From: Octopus sinensis
Taxonomy: Eukaryota
Reading direction: 5' to 3'
Assembly: GCF_006345805.1 (NCBI RefSeq)
Contig: NC_043003.1
Coordinates: forward strand, 47,988,001-48,052,000
Length of the DNA stretch: 64,000 nt
Below are positions 1 to 11,240 of the stretch, in pieces; within the stretch, counting starts at the first letter, position 1; every line of letters begins with the position of its first letter. Position numbers and translations under genes: made by a program. A model generated the notes under the pieces. The model had not been told where the DNA came from. It was given only the letters and a program-made list of their open reading frames with translations, and ran no database searches.

Positions 1-125
1 CGTGAAGCATTTAACCTGTTGTTCTACTGTTTCTTTCACTATATTAAAAGCAAAATATTAACTAATTTATGATGATGATGATGAAGATGATGATGATATT
101 GCTGATGATGAGTTATCATGATGGC

Positions 126-144
126 CACGTGTAGTGTCCACGTG
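126..144. promoter_or_regulatory. Tandem E-boxes CACGTG-N7-CACGTG (candidate)
   Basis: Seen: CACGTG at 126-131 and 139-144, both retained in copy B (58795-58800, 58808-58813). Function is inference. Confidence 0.35.
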
Positions 145-708
145 CAAGAAGCAAATAGTTGAAAAAGAGAGGCGGGAGGGAGGAAGAAACTAAAAACCCC
201 CACCATAAAATCCTTTTCCTGGTTTACTCATCAAATACTCACTCAATGCAAAACACAATGTCGAAATTTCTTTGTCACCAAAAAAGAATGCAGCAAACTA
301 TACTTTTCGAAAGGTAAATAAGCTGGGACATTCAGGTAATATTTTTTACATTTTGAACACACAAACACATACAAAGCAAAACAAAACACAAATCCTCTGT
401 ATTCTTGTAGAACATTTCCGTGACTTCTTTTCTTAGGGAGTAGCATAATCAGTAGTGTGTCAAATGAAATAACTTGCAGTACCAGTTTTGTCTCTGAGTT
501 CCGATTTCAAGTCTCACTGAGGTCTTTTATCTTTCAACATTCCAAGGTAAATAAAATAAAATGCCAGGACTTTATTTTTGAAGTCAGGTACTAAGTTACA
601 GGAACATAAACAAACGAACAATGGTTGCTGAATGGTACAAAGCAAAGAGACAGACACATACACTCACACACATGATATATATATATATACACATAGATAT
701 ATATACAC

Positions 709-797
<89 letters not shown>

Positions 798-799
<2 letters not shown>

Positions 800-950
800 C
801 GGGCTTTTTCAGTTTCTACCAAATCCACTCACAAGGCTTTGGTCAAACTGAGGCTGTGGTAGAAGACACTTGCCCAAAGTGCCATGCAATGGGACTGAAC
901 TTGGAATCATGCGGTTGGGAAGCAAGCGTCTTACCACACAGCCACACGTA
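798..950 (-). mobile_element. tRNA-derived SINE family A, 5' half
   Basis: Matches the head/core of the full copies at 10858 and 17207 (A-box tggctgtgtgg, B-box-like gttcagtccc). Confidence 0.85.
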
Positions 951-2196
951 TGCCTATAGTAAGTGATATTGCTTTAGATTTCCTCTGTCTACCTGATATG
1001 TTTTACAGTACATTATAGTTTAGCCCCAGGTCAGTCCTGGTCCAGTGGACTTTGATGAAAAAATGTTTCAGTGCCACAATCCTTTATTCTTAGTTTTCCT
1101 TTTTATTATTATTCAATAAGTCCTTTTGTAAGAAAATAGAGTGGTTTGAGTTAGTTGTGGCTACTTTTTCTAACATGAATAAAAAAATTTCAAAGAGCCT
1201 CACCTACTGGATCAACATCTTTTAGTAGGTGGTAAGGTAGGGGCACGTTATCTTAAAACGTTGGTGATAACAAGTCCCCACCCTCCAAATTTGGTGCTTA
1301 GGAAAATAATCAGGTTTTCCTCCTTGAAACAAAATGTGAGGCATTTGTTGAGAAAGATTTTATATCCTACACTGTTTAAGTTAAAATGGCTGTGAGAGAA
1401 TCACTTGAGTCAGTTCACTTTACTTTCCATTCAATAAAAATCTAATACATGAAAGCCATATTAGTATAGATTTTGTTACCAAATCTATATTAGTCTGAAA
1501 TAGCTTTGAAGAAGTCATTATACAATTACAGATGGTTAACACGAATATTGGGAAATTTATATGCATAAGAAGTAATTTATTTTTACATGAGACAAGTAAC
1601 AGAATGAGGTCAATGGTCTTGTAAGATGGTGGAGCCTCTACCTCTCTCTCTTGTCTCCCCACATGACTGGTGTTAGGCCAGGCCTGACATTTCTTTCTTG
1701 GTTGGATTACTGTCCTTGCAACATCTATATTCCTTCCTGCGCTTGTTAAATCTTATGTCCCCACCGTAAGGCTTTACTTCCACACACACCAGTTTAATTT
1801 AATTCATCCTCAGTCGAAAGACACCTGTTGTTATGTTCTCTCATTTGTATAACATTTCTCTGGGGTTTTTTTCCGTCCTTGTTTTCATATACATTCGCTG
1901 CTTTCTTCCAAGGAATGTAATTCTCTTAGTTTATTTTTCCTTGGGGCTGGCCAGATTGGAGCAATCTCGAGTATAACCAGCTGAAATTGCAAAGATAATC
2001 TGGAACTCGACTGAGGAAAGAAAACTTCGAATGACCCGTCCTTGTTTTCTTTGTATCGTCTATCTGGATGTTTTGTTATCCCTTTTTTGTATCACCTATC
2101 TGTCTGGATGTTTTGTGTTCTTGTCCCATTTTTGTATGTTTTATATATACATACATAAATATATATGCATATACCATATGAATCAATGGTTATGTA

Positions 2197-2228
<32 letters not shown>

Positions 2229-2545
2229 ATATATTTAAACATTTATCTATAGATGCTGACTGCCTTTTTCTCCCTCTTTCACACAAACACATTTACACAC
2301 ATATTTACTGCTGTACTAATAGAATGTGAGCTATGAATAAATTACTCGGTATTAAGTCATATCTATATGAGTAGACTTCCATCACTCTATCTCAATATCT
2401 TTAGGATGGGAAGCAAGCAGAAGCAGATTCTGATAGGATGTTGAATGGAATTAAAAGAAAATCAGTCAGTTTCCAATCCCAAGCTGCTCATAAGATAGTG
2501 ACATTAAACCCACATGAATATGATTCCACCACAGATATGTATGTG

Positions 2546-2597
<52 letters not shown>

Positions 2598-2748
2598 GTG
2601 TGTGACAGGCTTAATAAATTTTCCACCCATGATATTCACCCAGGAGGCTTAGGTTGGGTTGGACATAATAGGATAATAGTAGAAGGCACCTGAAATTACA
2701 TGGTTGAGAAGCAAACTTCTTAATTCCATAACCATACTTGTAGGTATG

Positions 2749-2784
<36 letters not shown>

Positions 2785-3041
2785 CATACATATGTATCAG
2801 ATATATATAGGTGCAGGCATGGCTTTGTGGTAAGAAGCTTAGTTCTCAGCGTCATGGTTCTGGGTTCAGTCCCACTGCATGGCACCTTAAGCAAATGTCT
2901 TCTACTATAACCTCAGGGCCAATCAAAGCTTTATGAGTGGATCTGATAGAGGGAAACTGAAATCCTGGGGTTGATTTATTCAACTAAAACCTTTCAAAGC
3001 AATGTCCTGGCATGCCCAGTCAAATGGCTGAAACAAGTAAA

Positions 3042-3111
<70 letters not shown>

Positions 3112-3357
3112 TTTTCCCTTGTTAACAATTAACACGGAAAAAATAGATAAATAGTTACCAGGGTAGCAAAAAATCACGCTAGTAAAAAGGTTGTAACTAC
3201 TTGTTTTTAAAGGTAGATCCCTCCTCTTTCTATAGGCTACATCTGACGTTATATCCTATAACGTTTTTTTTTAAACAATATTAATAGCGTTCAGTCAATC
3301 ACTATACATATCCATCATTTTCTGTTAAAATGTCTTATTGACGAGTTTCATTTCTTC

Positions 3358-3446
3358 ACTTCCCCGAAGAGAAGATTACATTGTTTTACACCATTTTATT
3401 CCTTTGGAATAATATCAATGATATCTTCGAAACATGTGTTGGAAGT
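3358..3446 (+). ncRNA. Type I hammerhead ribozyme motif (Penelope-like/retrozyme type)
   Basis: Seen: helix I ACTTCC(3358-63)/GGAAGT(3441-46); core CCGAAGA (3364-70); helix II GAAGAT/ATCTTC extended by CATTG/CAATG; GAAA (3429-32); helix III ACA-TG-TGT; cleavage triplet GTT (3438-40). Confidence 0.75.
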
Positions 3447-3479
3447 AAAAGAATTTGAATAACACCTGCATTTAACTCA

Positions 3480-3514
<35 letters not shown>

Positions 3515-3714
3515 AATATTATCAACTGCACATACTCAATGTATGTCGTTTAGTGCCGAGAGTTAAAACATTTGAAAGTCATAAACAGGCAAGACAATTC
3601 GTCCAAATCCCAGGAGCAATGGACATTGATGTTTTACTAGTGTTGTGGCTTATCAACATCAGGTACCTGAACTGAACTGGGGGTGAATTGAATCACTTAA
3701 TCTATGACTATCTA

Positions 3715-4045
3715 AAAAAGAGGAAAGATCCCCTTTGGTCATGAATGACCATAGGATTGCAGCTACAAAGTTGCCCTCTGAGACACAAGTCCAGGCAAGG
3801 TTGTTTATGGAAGACCAGCAGTCGCCTATGCATACCAGTCTCCTCTCTACCTACCACCGATGATATCTAAGGGAAAAGGAAAGGCTGATACAGCTTGGCA
3901 CCAGTGACATTGCAGCTCATTCCTACAGGTGAGTGAACTGAAGCAATGTGAAAACAAAGTGTCTTGCTCAAGAACACAACACACAGACCGGTCCAGGAAT
4001 TAAACTCACTACCACATGATTGTGAGACCAACGGTCTAACCACTA
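3715..4045 (-). mobile_element. tRNA-derived SINE family C, full length
   Basis: Reverse complement of the copy at 19548-19875; tRNA-like head; 3' hairpin ggtca-ttca-tgacc; flanked by atgacta on both sides. Confidence 0.85.
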
Positions 4046-4169
4046 AGTCATGACTAGATACAAATAGTGTAAAAACTATTTGCTGGCATGCCATAGTGAT
4101 CCATACGTAAGACTAAATTCAATTATGAAATAGAAACAGCACTAGTGTTGCAAACATTATTGACCACAC

Positions 4170-4262
4170 ATACTCAATGTATGAGACTTGCTTGTTTGCC
4201 AATAGGCTGCTGTTTGACAATAATAAGAATGGAGAATATCACATTATTATTTGATGGTTACA
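4170..4262 (-). pseudogene. Possible decayed GIY-YIG endonuclease of a Penelope-like element
   Basis: Frameshifted minus-strand translation SNNNVIFSI..C.KQQ.IG/QTSKS resembles the PLE motif NVIYxIxCxxCxxxYIGQT. Recognised from memory. Confidence 0.4.
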
Positions 4263-4585
4263 CCATACAGGACTGAAGATTGTTTGTATTGTGCCAGCAT
4301 ATTATAGAAAATGATACAAAATACCAACCACTTTAATATCCAAAATTTATGGTGTTATTATCAAATAAAGGATGTGATATTCACCATTCCTGTTGTTATA
4401 ATATACACTGGATTTCTTCCAATTCTTCTAAGAATTTGGTTTTACTTATCATACCAGAGGAATTAGCATGGGCGTTAATTCCATTTGGATCTAATGGTAT
4501 CTGGTTGTTTGATGTAGTTAACCAAGTCTGTTAACCAAGTTTGCTTTCTAGATATCTGTCTGAAATTATTAATCCATATTCCCTG

Positions 4586-4617
<32 letters not shown>

Positions 4618-4643
4618 GAAAGAAGGTTTGAAAATGCAATTTA

Positions 4644-4870
4644 TGTAAGTATGTATGTATAAGGCAGCGAGCAGGCAGAATCGTTAGCATACCAGACAAA
4701 ATGCTTAGTGGCATTTCATCTGTCTTCACATTCTGTGTTTAAATTCTGCCAATGTCGACTTTGCCATCTGTCCTTTCAGGATCAATAGATAAGTAACAGT
4801 TGAATACTGGGATCTATATAATTAACTAAGCCCCATCCCAAAATTGCTGGCCTTGTGCCGAAATTTGAAA
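4644..4870 (+). mobile_element. SINE family B
   Basis: ggcagcgagcaggcagaatcgttagc head, gtttcaaattc B-box-like region, gccttgtgccgaaatttgaaa tail; family repeated throughout the window. Confidence 0.85.
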
Positions 4871-4894
4871 CCCTTATAAGTTTACTCACTCATC

Positions 4895-4925
<31 letters not shown>

Positions 4926-5139
4926 TAGTAGGTACATGAAAGCAGTGTTGTGAATAAACAAAAATTTTGATTAGTTCAAATGTGTTTGGAACATATTTGA
5001 CCTATAAAATGCTGTATTCACTATGGTCTATCACCGAGAAAAAATTCTCTCTTGAGAGTGAACATTAAAATGATGATGATGATACCTCTGTGTGTTTGTG
5101 TGTATGTATATATATATATGTGTGTGTATATATATATAT

Positions 5140-5337
5140 GAGTTGCGACTTCACTGGTGCCAAGCTGTATCGACCTTTGTCTTTCCCTTGGATAACACTA
5201 GTGGTGTGGAGAGGGGAGGCTGGTATGCATGGGCGACTGTTGGTCTTCCATAAACAACCTTGCCTGGACTTGTGTCTAGGAGGGTAACTTTCTAGGTGCA
5301 ATCCCATGGTCATTCATGACCGAAGGGGGTCTTTACC

Positions 5338-5340
<3 letters not shown>
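5140..5340 (+). mobile_element. SINE family C, 3' part
   Basis: Matches 19680-19875. Confidence 0.85.
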
Positions 5341-5374
<34 letters not shown>

Positions 5375-5377
<3 letters not shown>

Positions 5378-5545
5378 ACCTTGTGAGTACCGCTGGCGAT
5401 TTTTCCTCTGTCTTCCCTTCTCGGGATCTTTCCTTCTCCTATGTTTCCGATGAAGAGCTCCGCTCAAAACGTTAAACAATAATACTTTATTTGTTCCACG
5501 TCCTCGCGTTGTTGTGTTTTTTTTGTTTTTTTGTATTTTCTTGTT
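5375..5545 (+). mobile_element. Penelope-like terminal (pLTR) fragment carrying a minimal hammerhead motif at 5442-5478
   Basis: Seen: TGTTT/AAACA helix I, CCGATGA, extra A, GAGC-TCC-GCTC helix II, AAAA in place of GAAA, palindromic ACGT helix III; fragment embedded between (TA)n tracts. Confidence 0.6.
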
Positions 5546-5579
5546 TGGATTAACTATATATATATATACATATATATAT

Positions 5580-5668
5580 ATATAAATTATATTAGAGATA
5601 AAACCACTATTAGGCAAATCACTGTTTGATTTGCCTAATAGTGGTTTTATCTCTAATATAATTTATAT
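5580..5668. repeat. Perfect inverted repeat, 42-bp arms, 5-nt loop
   Basis: Seen: atataaattatattagagataaaaccactattaggcaaatca / ctgtt / exact reverse complement. Confidence 0.95.
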
Positions 5669-5749
5669 TTATACTGTGAAATTTGATTTAATCTTAAATC
5701 TAATTTTTACCTGTAAATTTGGATTTACTCCCTAATATTATTATTATTA

Positions 5750-5780
<31 letters not shown>

Positions 5781-5859
5781 TATCCATATATATTTACATA
5801 CATGTACACATGCACACACCCAAATTCATATTTGTGTGTGTGTATGTATATATATATAT

Positions 5860-6035
5860 ATATGCACCCAGCACACTCTATAAAGCGGTTGGTATTAGGA
5901 AGAGAATCCAGTCATAGAAACCATGTCAAAACAGACAACTGGACCTTGGATAGCTCTCTGACTGGTCAGCTCCTGTTAAAGCGTCCAACCCATGCCAGCA
6001 TAAAAAACAGACATTTAATGATGATGATGTATGTG
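5860..6035 (+). mobile_element. RTE-LINE 3' UTR fragment
   Basis: gcgtccaacccatgccagcat...(GAT)n tail, as at 8330-8512. Confidence 0.75.
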
Positions 6036-6487
6036 TAGATACATCATCATTGTTCATCATACTTTTTTTATCTTACCGTTCATATACTTGCATGGGTCAG
6101 ATGGGATTTGTTGAGGCATATTTGGTACAGGTGGACAGCTTTCTTGTTCACAACCCTAACCCCTGTTTCCAAGTAAGGTAATATATCCTTTATTTCTTAA
6201 TACACCACAGATGGACATGATTTCTCCAAAATTTGTAAACAAATGACACAAATGCTTGTGTGATTGTGACATCCTTATACAACCTGCATGCAAGCTCAAG
6301 AAAAGGAGGCATGAATACACACACAAAAATCTCACACAAATATATATATGATGGGCTTCTTTCAGTTGTTGTCAACCACATCTATTCACAAGGCTTTGGG
6401 CAACCTGTAACTATCACAGAGAGACACCTGCCTAAGATACTGCACAGTTGGACTGAACCCAAAATTACATGGTTAGGAAAATACATT

Positions 6488-6890
6488 CTTTTATTCTTTT
6501 ATTTGTTTCAGTCATTTGACTGCGGCCATGCTGGAGCACCACCTTTAGTCGAGCAAATTGACCCCAGAACTTATTCTTTGTAAGCCAAGTACTTACTCTA
6601 TCGGTCTCTCTTGCCGAACCACTAAGTGATGGAGATGTAAACACACCAGCATCAGTTGTTAAGCGATGTTGGGGGGACAAACACAGACACACAAACATAT
6701 ACACACACATACATATATATACTTATATACGACGGGCTTCTTTCAGTTTCCGTCTACCAAATCCACTCACAAGGCTTTGGTCAGCCCAAAGCTATAGTAG
6801 AAGACACTTGCCCAAGGTGCCATGCAGTGGGACTAAACCCAGAACCATGTGGTTGGTAAGCAAGCTACTTACCACACAGTCATTCCTATG
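6488..6890 (-). mobile_element. SINE family A, full length
   Basis: Head, core, internal (TA/TG)n and 3' tail all present. Confidence 0.9.
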
Positions 6891-7219
6891 CCTATTGCAG
6901 ATAAATAAAAAAAAGTTTGGCAGCTTGCTAGTTTGATGCGTGAAGACAATATAATAAAGTACCTTACTTGAAAACAAGGACACATGTCAGGAAGGGCATC
7001 TGGCCATAGAATACTGCAAGATATGTTGTTCAACCCATGTCAACATGCCAAAAAGTAAACATAGAAATGCACTAGCAATATTGATGATGATGACAATGAC
7101 AACAACCACAACATAGATGACATGATACATTTATTCATTTAGCCTGAGAAGAATGGTCCTGCCCATAAACTCTTTGATGGGTGGTGGCTCTCAATTCAAG
7201 TAACTCAATGTTGTATATA

Positions 7220-7599
7220 CAGTAATGCTTCGATATATGAGTTCATTTGTTCCCAGTGGCTGCCCATAAAGCAAAACTCATAAAACAGAGCAGTAACTTG
7301 CCATAGTAGCAATGTTATAAATTGTAATTCGTTCACAGAAAAATGTTTTACCTATAAAATTTAGAATACTTGTAAGTAAATGGCAAAAAAACAACAGTTA
7401 AGTGTAAAGAATATTCTATGTAAAGTAAAAGGAATGGCAAGATCATTTATAATAAAAAATATTATTCTTATTATTATTTTCTGAATCTTGCACTAGACGT
7501 GTGTACATCCTGTTTAATCTTTTTATATTTATTATAAAATAAAACTCGTAAAGCCCCAGGGTCTCATAAAGCAGGTCCTTGTAAACTGAGGCATTACTG
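7220..7599. mobile_element. pogo/Tigger-type MITE
   Basis: Seen: TIRs cagtaatgcttcg / ctgaggcattactg, each flanked by TA. Confidence 0.75.
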
Positions 7600-7666
7600 T
7601 ACTCAAATGGACATAAGTAGTGACACATAACCTGCTAGTTCGAATGAAAAGGAATTGTCACAGCAA

Positions 7667-8512
7667 GAAAAGTTGGACCTAAGAAGCATCAGATGTGGTG
7701 TGCAAGAGAGATGACTGCGCTGGTATGGTCATGTGGTGAGAATGCATGAGGATATCTGTGTGAAAATGTGCCACACCCTAGCGGTACAGGGAACCTGTGG
7801 GAGAGGTAGACCCAGGAAGACCTGGGATGAAGTGGTGAAGCACGACCTTCGAACATTAGGCCTCACAGAGGCAATGACTAGCAACTGAGACTTTTGGAAA
7901 TATGCTGTGCTTGAGAGGACCTGGCAAGACAAATGAGACCATAACCTCGTAGCCAATGCCAGGGGTGTAGCCAGCCCATGCGTACCTTTCCTTCATTGGA
8001 CACTAAACTCTGCTTGCAAAGACCTGTTGAGGCAAGTGAAATCGAAATTAAATTCGATGACTGGCATCCGTGCTAGTGAAGCACTAAGAGCACCATCTGA
8101 GCATGATCATTGACAGAGCGGCTAACTGGCTTCTGTGCCAGTGGCACGTAAAAAGCACCATTCGAATGCGATCATTACCAGTGTCACCTTACTGACACTC
8201 ATGGCACATGAAAAAACATTCGAGTGAGGTCGTTGCCAGTGCCGCTGCACTGGTTCCTGTGCAGGTGGCATGTAAAAAACACCATTTGAGCATGGCCATT
8301 GCCAGTACTGCCTGACTGGCCCTTGTTCCGATGGTACGTAAAAGCACCCACTACACTCTCGGAGTGGTTGGCGTTAGGAAGTGCATCCAGCTGTAAAAAC
8401 TCTGCCAGATCAAGATTGGAGCCTGGTGCAGCCATCTTGTTTGCCAGTCCTCAGTCAAATCGTCCAACCCATGCTAGCATGGAAAGTAGACGTTAAACGA
8501 TGATGATGATGA
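7667..8512 (+). mobile_element. 5'-truncated RTE-clade LINE (ORF2 C-terminus plus repeated 3' UTR)
   Basis: Frame 7667-7936 reads EKLDLRSIRCGVQER*LRWYGHVVRM...GRGRPRKTWDEVVKHDLRTLGLTEAM, with two in-frame TGA; (GAT)n tail. Confidence 0.9.
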
Positions 8513-9589
8513 TATATATATATATATAGATAATGATGTAATATATGAATCAGAAGAAAACAGCATTGGTTGCAGTTTATTAGGTTTATTAGTCAGGAGA
8601 TTAGTTCAGGAAACAATTTTTGCAATTTTGTTTTGCTTTAAATGTTTTACATCTATAATGGGTTATTTTGTCCTAGAAACAATTATTTACATTTTGTAGC
8701 TTATTTTTCTGTGTATGCAATCATTATTTGGCTAATTGGTCTGTTTGTTTTGTCTGAGAGGGAAACTGGAGCAAGTAGGATTAAATACTTTGCAAACAGT
8801 GCTACACGGGAGTTTGGATAGATTTGTATGAAGTGTGGAGAAGGGGGAATCTGATGTTTGTTTTGTGGTTGTCCCTTCATTGAGAGAGAGAGAGAAAGAA
8901 ACAGATTTGTATTTTTAGGCAAAGAATGGAACAGCAGCGACAGATCAGATATTTTTTGTTGCATTTTCATCAGAAGTCACTCCCAACTAAATAGCAAACA
9001 AGCAGAAAAAAAAAGACAAGCAACCACTTCATTCATTAGGAGTTACAAAAAGAAAAAGACAAAGAAAATGATGAAAAATCAAATTAAAAACATCCTAAGA
9101 ATCGTAAAATAATCAACTAAGGATTTAAAAGAATTAGGATTGTATTTTACCTAAGAAACAAGGAGGAAGAGAGTTCCATAAAACAGTTGTTCACGGAAAG
9201 AAACTATAAGAGAATAGACACTTCTTAGAGAGGGAGGGAACATCAGTGAAAAGATGAGAATTAGCAAAAAGCTGAGTCACTTGATAAGTAACCTTAAGAG
9301 GAAGTTACAAGAGAAATTTGGCAGAACAACATCTCTGGAAGTATTTATAAACTCGAGATAAACAAGTAATGACACACACAAGAAGAGAGTGTTTCAAGAT
9401 TAATTGCCGAAACTGGACAAATAACGTTAGATCCTGCTTCTGAACTTGATTAAGGAGAAAAAGAAGCCCAGTAGAAACATCAGCTTAGGTGTGGCAACAA
9501 TATTCCATATCATCATCATTTAGCATTCCATATAAGGATGAATAAAAGACTAGTAGAATTGAAAATTACATTGAGAGTAAAGATAATCC

Positions 9590-10020
9590 TTTCCCCTATA
9601 GACACAAGGCCTGGATTTTGTGGGGAGAAGGACAGTCAATTACATCGACCCCAGTACTCAACTGGTACTTGATTTATCGACCCTGAAAGGATGGAAGGCA
9701 AAGTTGATGTCAGCAGAATTTGAACTCAGAACGTAGCAGCAGACGAAATACCTATTTCTTTACTACCCACAAGGGGCTAAACACAGAGGGGACAAACAAA
9801 GACAGACACGGATTAAGTCGATTACATCGACCCCAGTGCGTAACTGGTACTTAATTTATCGACCCCGGAAGGATGAAAGGCAAAGTCGACCTCGGCGGAA
9901 TTTGAACTCAGAACGCAACGGCAGACGAAATACGGCTACGCATTTCGCCCGGCGTGCTAACGTTTCTGCCAGCTCGCCGCAGACGAAATACCATTAAGCA
10001 TTTCGTCCGGCTTGCTAACG
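9590..10020 (-). mobile_element. SINE family B tandem multimer
   Basis: Head-to-tail copies joined at ...gtaaagaaata|ggtatttcgtctg. Confidence 0.9.
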
Positions 10021-10168
10021 AGTCTGCCAGTTTGCCGCCTTACATATCATCATCATCATCATACATACATATATCATATCTGGTCCGGTGTCGCAATCAC
10101 TAGCTAGCTGGCACCACTTGTGAGTAGAGGAGACAGATCTTTTAGGTTCTGCTTGACAGTATCCTTAA

Positions 10169-10374
10169 CCCTTTTGATACCATCTGACTTCAGACTGCTC
10201 CTTGCACTGTGTTACAAATATCTCGTTTTCTGAATTAAAATCTTCCATCAGAACTTAATTTATGTTCCCCAAACCCATTAAAATGACAAAGTTATTCTAC
10301 TAAATTTTTCATTATTTTCAAAATTAAATGAAGTAAAGAGAGAGTGTCTCAACAGAAATATGGTAACAAAAGGG
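10169..10374. mobile_element. piggyBac-type MITE family 1
   Basis: Seen: TTAA|ccctttt...aaaaggg|TTAA; similar to 21196-21416. Confidence 0.85.
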
Positions 10375-10857
10375 TTAAATCTCAATTGGGGTGGACCAAT
10401 CTTTCAATAGCCATTTGCCAATTGTAAGAACAGGACTTTTGTTGGGAGTCTGTCATTGCCAAATCTAGCAATGTGGCCTATATATATATTTGAGAGTAAA
10501 GAATGAACTGAAATGGTTTCATATGCATTTGTCCACACACCTGCCTGATGACCGGTATTGGTGTGTTTACATCCCAGTCACTTAATGGTTTGGCTAAAGA
10601 GGCCAATAGAATGAAGTTTCAAGACATCATCTAAGAGGTTCAGGCATGGACTAAAAACCACTCTTCTTGTCTACATCAATAGATAGTGTATGAACCGAAA
10701 GCTGTATGTGTGTGCGTGTGTGCCTGTTTATATATATATATATATATATATCCTAACACATACATGCACAAATATAAAACAAGCACTGATACAAACTGCT
10801 TATATTCAGACATAGACAGTATATATGAAACACACAGATATATATATACAGCCATAG

Positions 10858-11240
10858 GCACAGGAGTGGTTGTGTGGTAAGTAGCTTGCTTACAAATCAC
10901 ATGGTTCTGGGTTCAGTCCTACTGTGTGGTACCTTGGGCAAGTGTCTTCTACTATAGCCTCGGGCTGACCAAAGCCTTGTGAGTGGATTTGGTAGACGGG
11001 AACTGAAAGAAGCCCGTCATATATATGTATATATATGTGTGTCTGTGTTTGTCCCCCCAACATCGCTTGACGGCCGATGCTGGTTTGTTTATGTCCCCAT
11101 AACTTAGTAGTTTGGCAAAAGAGATTGATAGAATAAGTACTAGGCTTACAAAGAATAAGTCCTGGGGTCAATTGACTCGACTAAAGGTGGTGCTGCAGCA
11201 TGGCCACAGTCAAACGACTGAAACAAGTAAAAGAGTAAAA
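10858..11240 (+). mobile_element. SINE family A, full length
   Basis: Complete head-core-microsatellite-tail structure. Confidence 0.9.

Larger units (their letters stand above)
9..1628 (+). repeat. Segmental duplication, copy A (direct repeat of 58246-60454)
   Basis: Seen: collinear high identity from atttaacctgttgttctactg to gtcttgtaagatg in both places. May extend left of the window. Confidence 0.95.

Noticed and set aside
102-145. CTGATGA followed by a TGA-GTTA-TCA hairpin
   Set aside because: No GAAA box or helix I/III; arises from the (GAT)n tract.
243-446. Minus-strand ORF identical in both duplicate copies (also 58911-59333)
   Set aside because: Identity follows from the duplication; no recognisable protein, and its N-terminal part overlaps a SINE remnant.
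409-546. Apparent exon bounded by ttgtag|...|gtaaat
   Set aside because: Its 3' part and the donor-like site are a decayed SINE B core (gataaaataa region).
621-851. Many ORFs rich in YI/HT/CV/MHAC (e.g. 621, 14189-14728, 46767, 50931-51539, 57901)
   Set aside because: Translations of (TA)n, (CA)n and (TGCA)n microsatellites; no domain content.
1670-2290. GC-richer block with TGTT...AACA ends and a 10-bp inverted repeat (cctcagtcga); possible solo LTR
   Set aside because: No matching TSD and no second copy in the window; CTGAGGA there lacks a proper GAAA. Left unclassified.
9100-9480. Faint CR1-like C-terminal similarity (ELGLYF...RR)
   Set aside because: Too decayed to support a call without alignment.
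10858-10930. tRNA-like sequences with A and B boxes at many SINE heads
   Set aside because: Each continues into SINE core and tail and lacks a complete cloverleaf; not tRNA genes.
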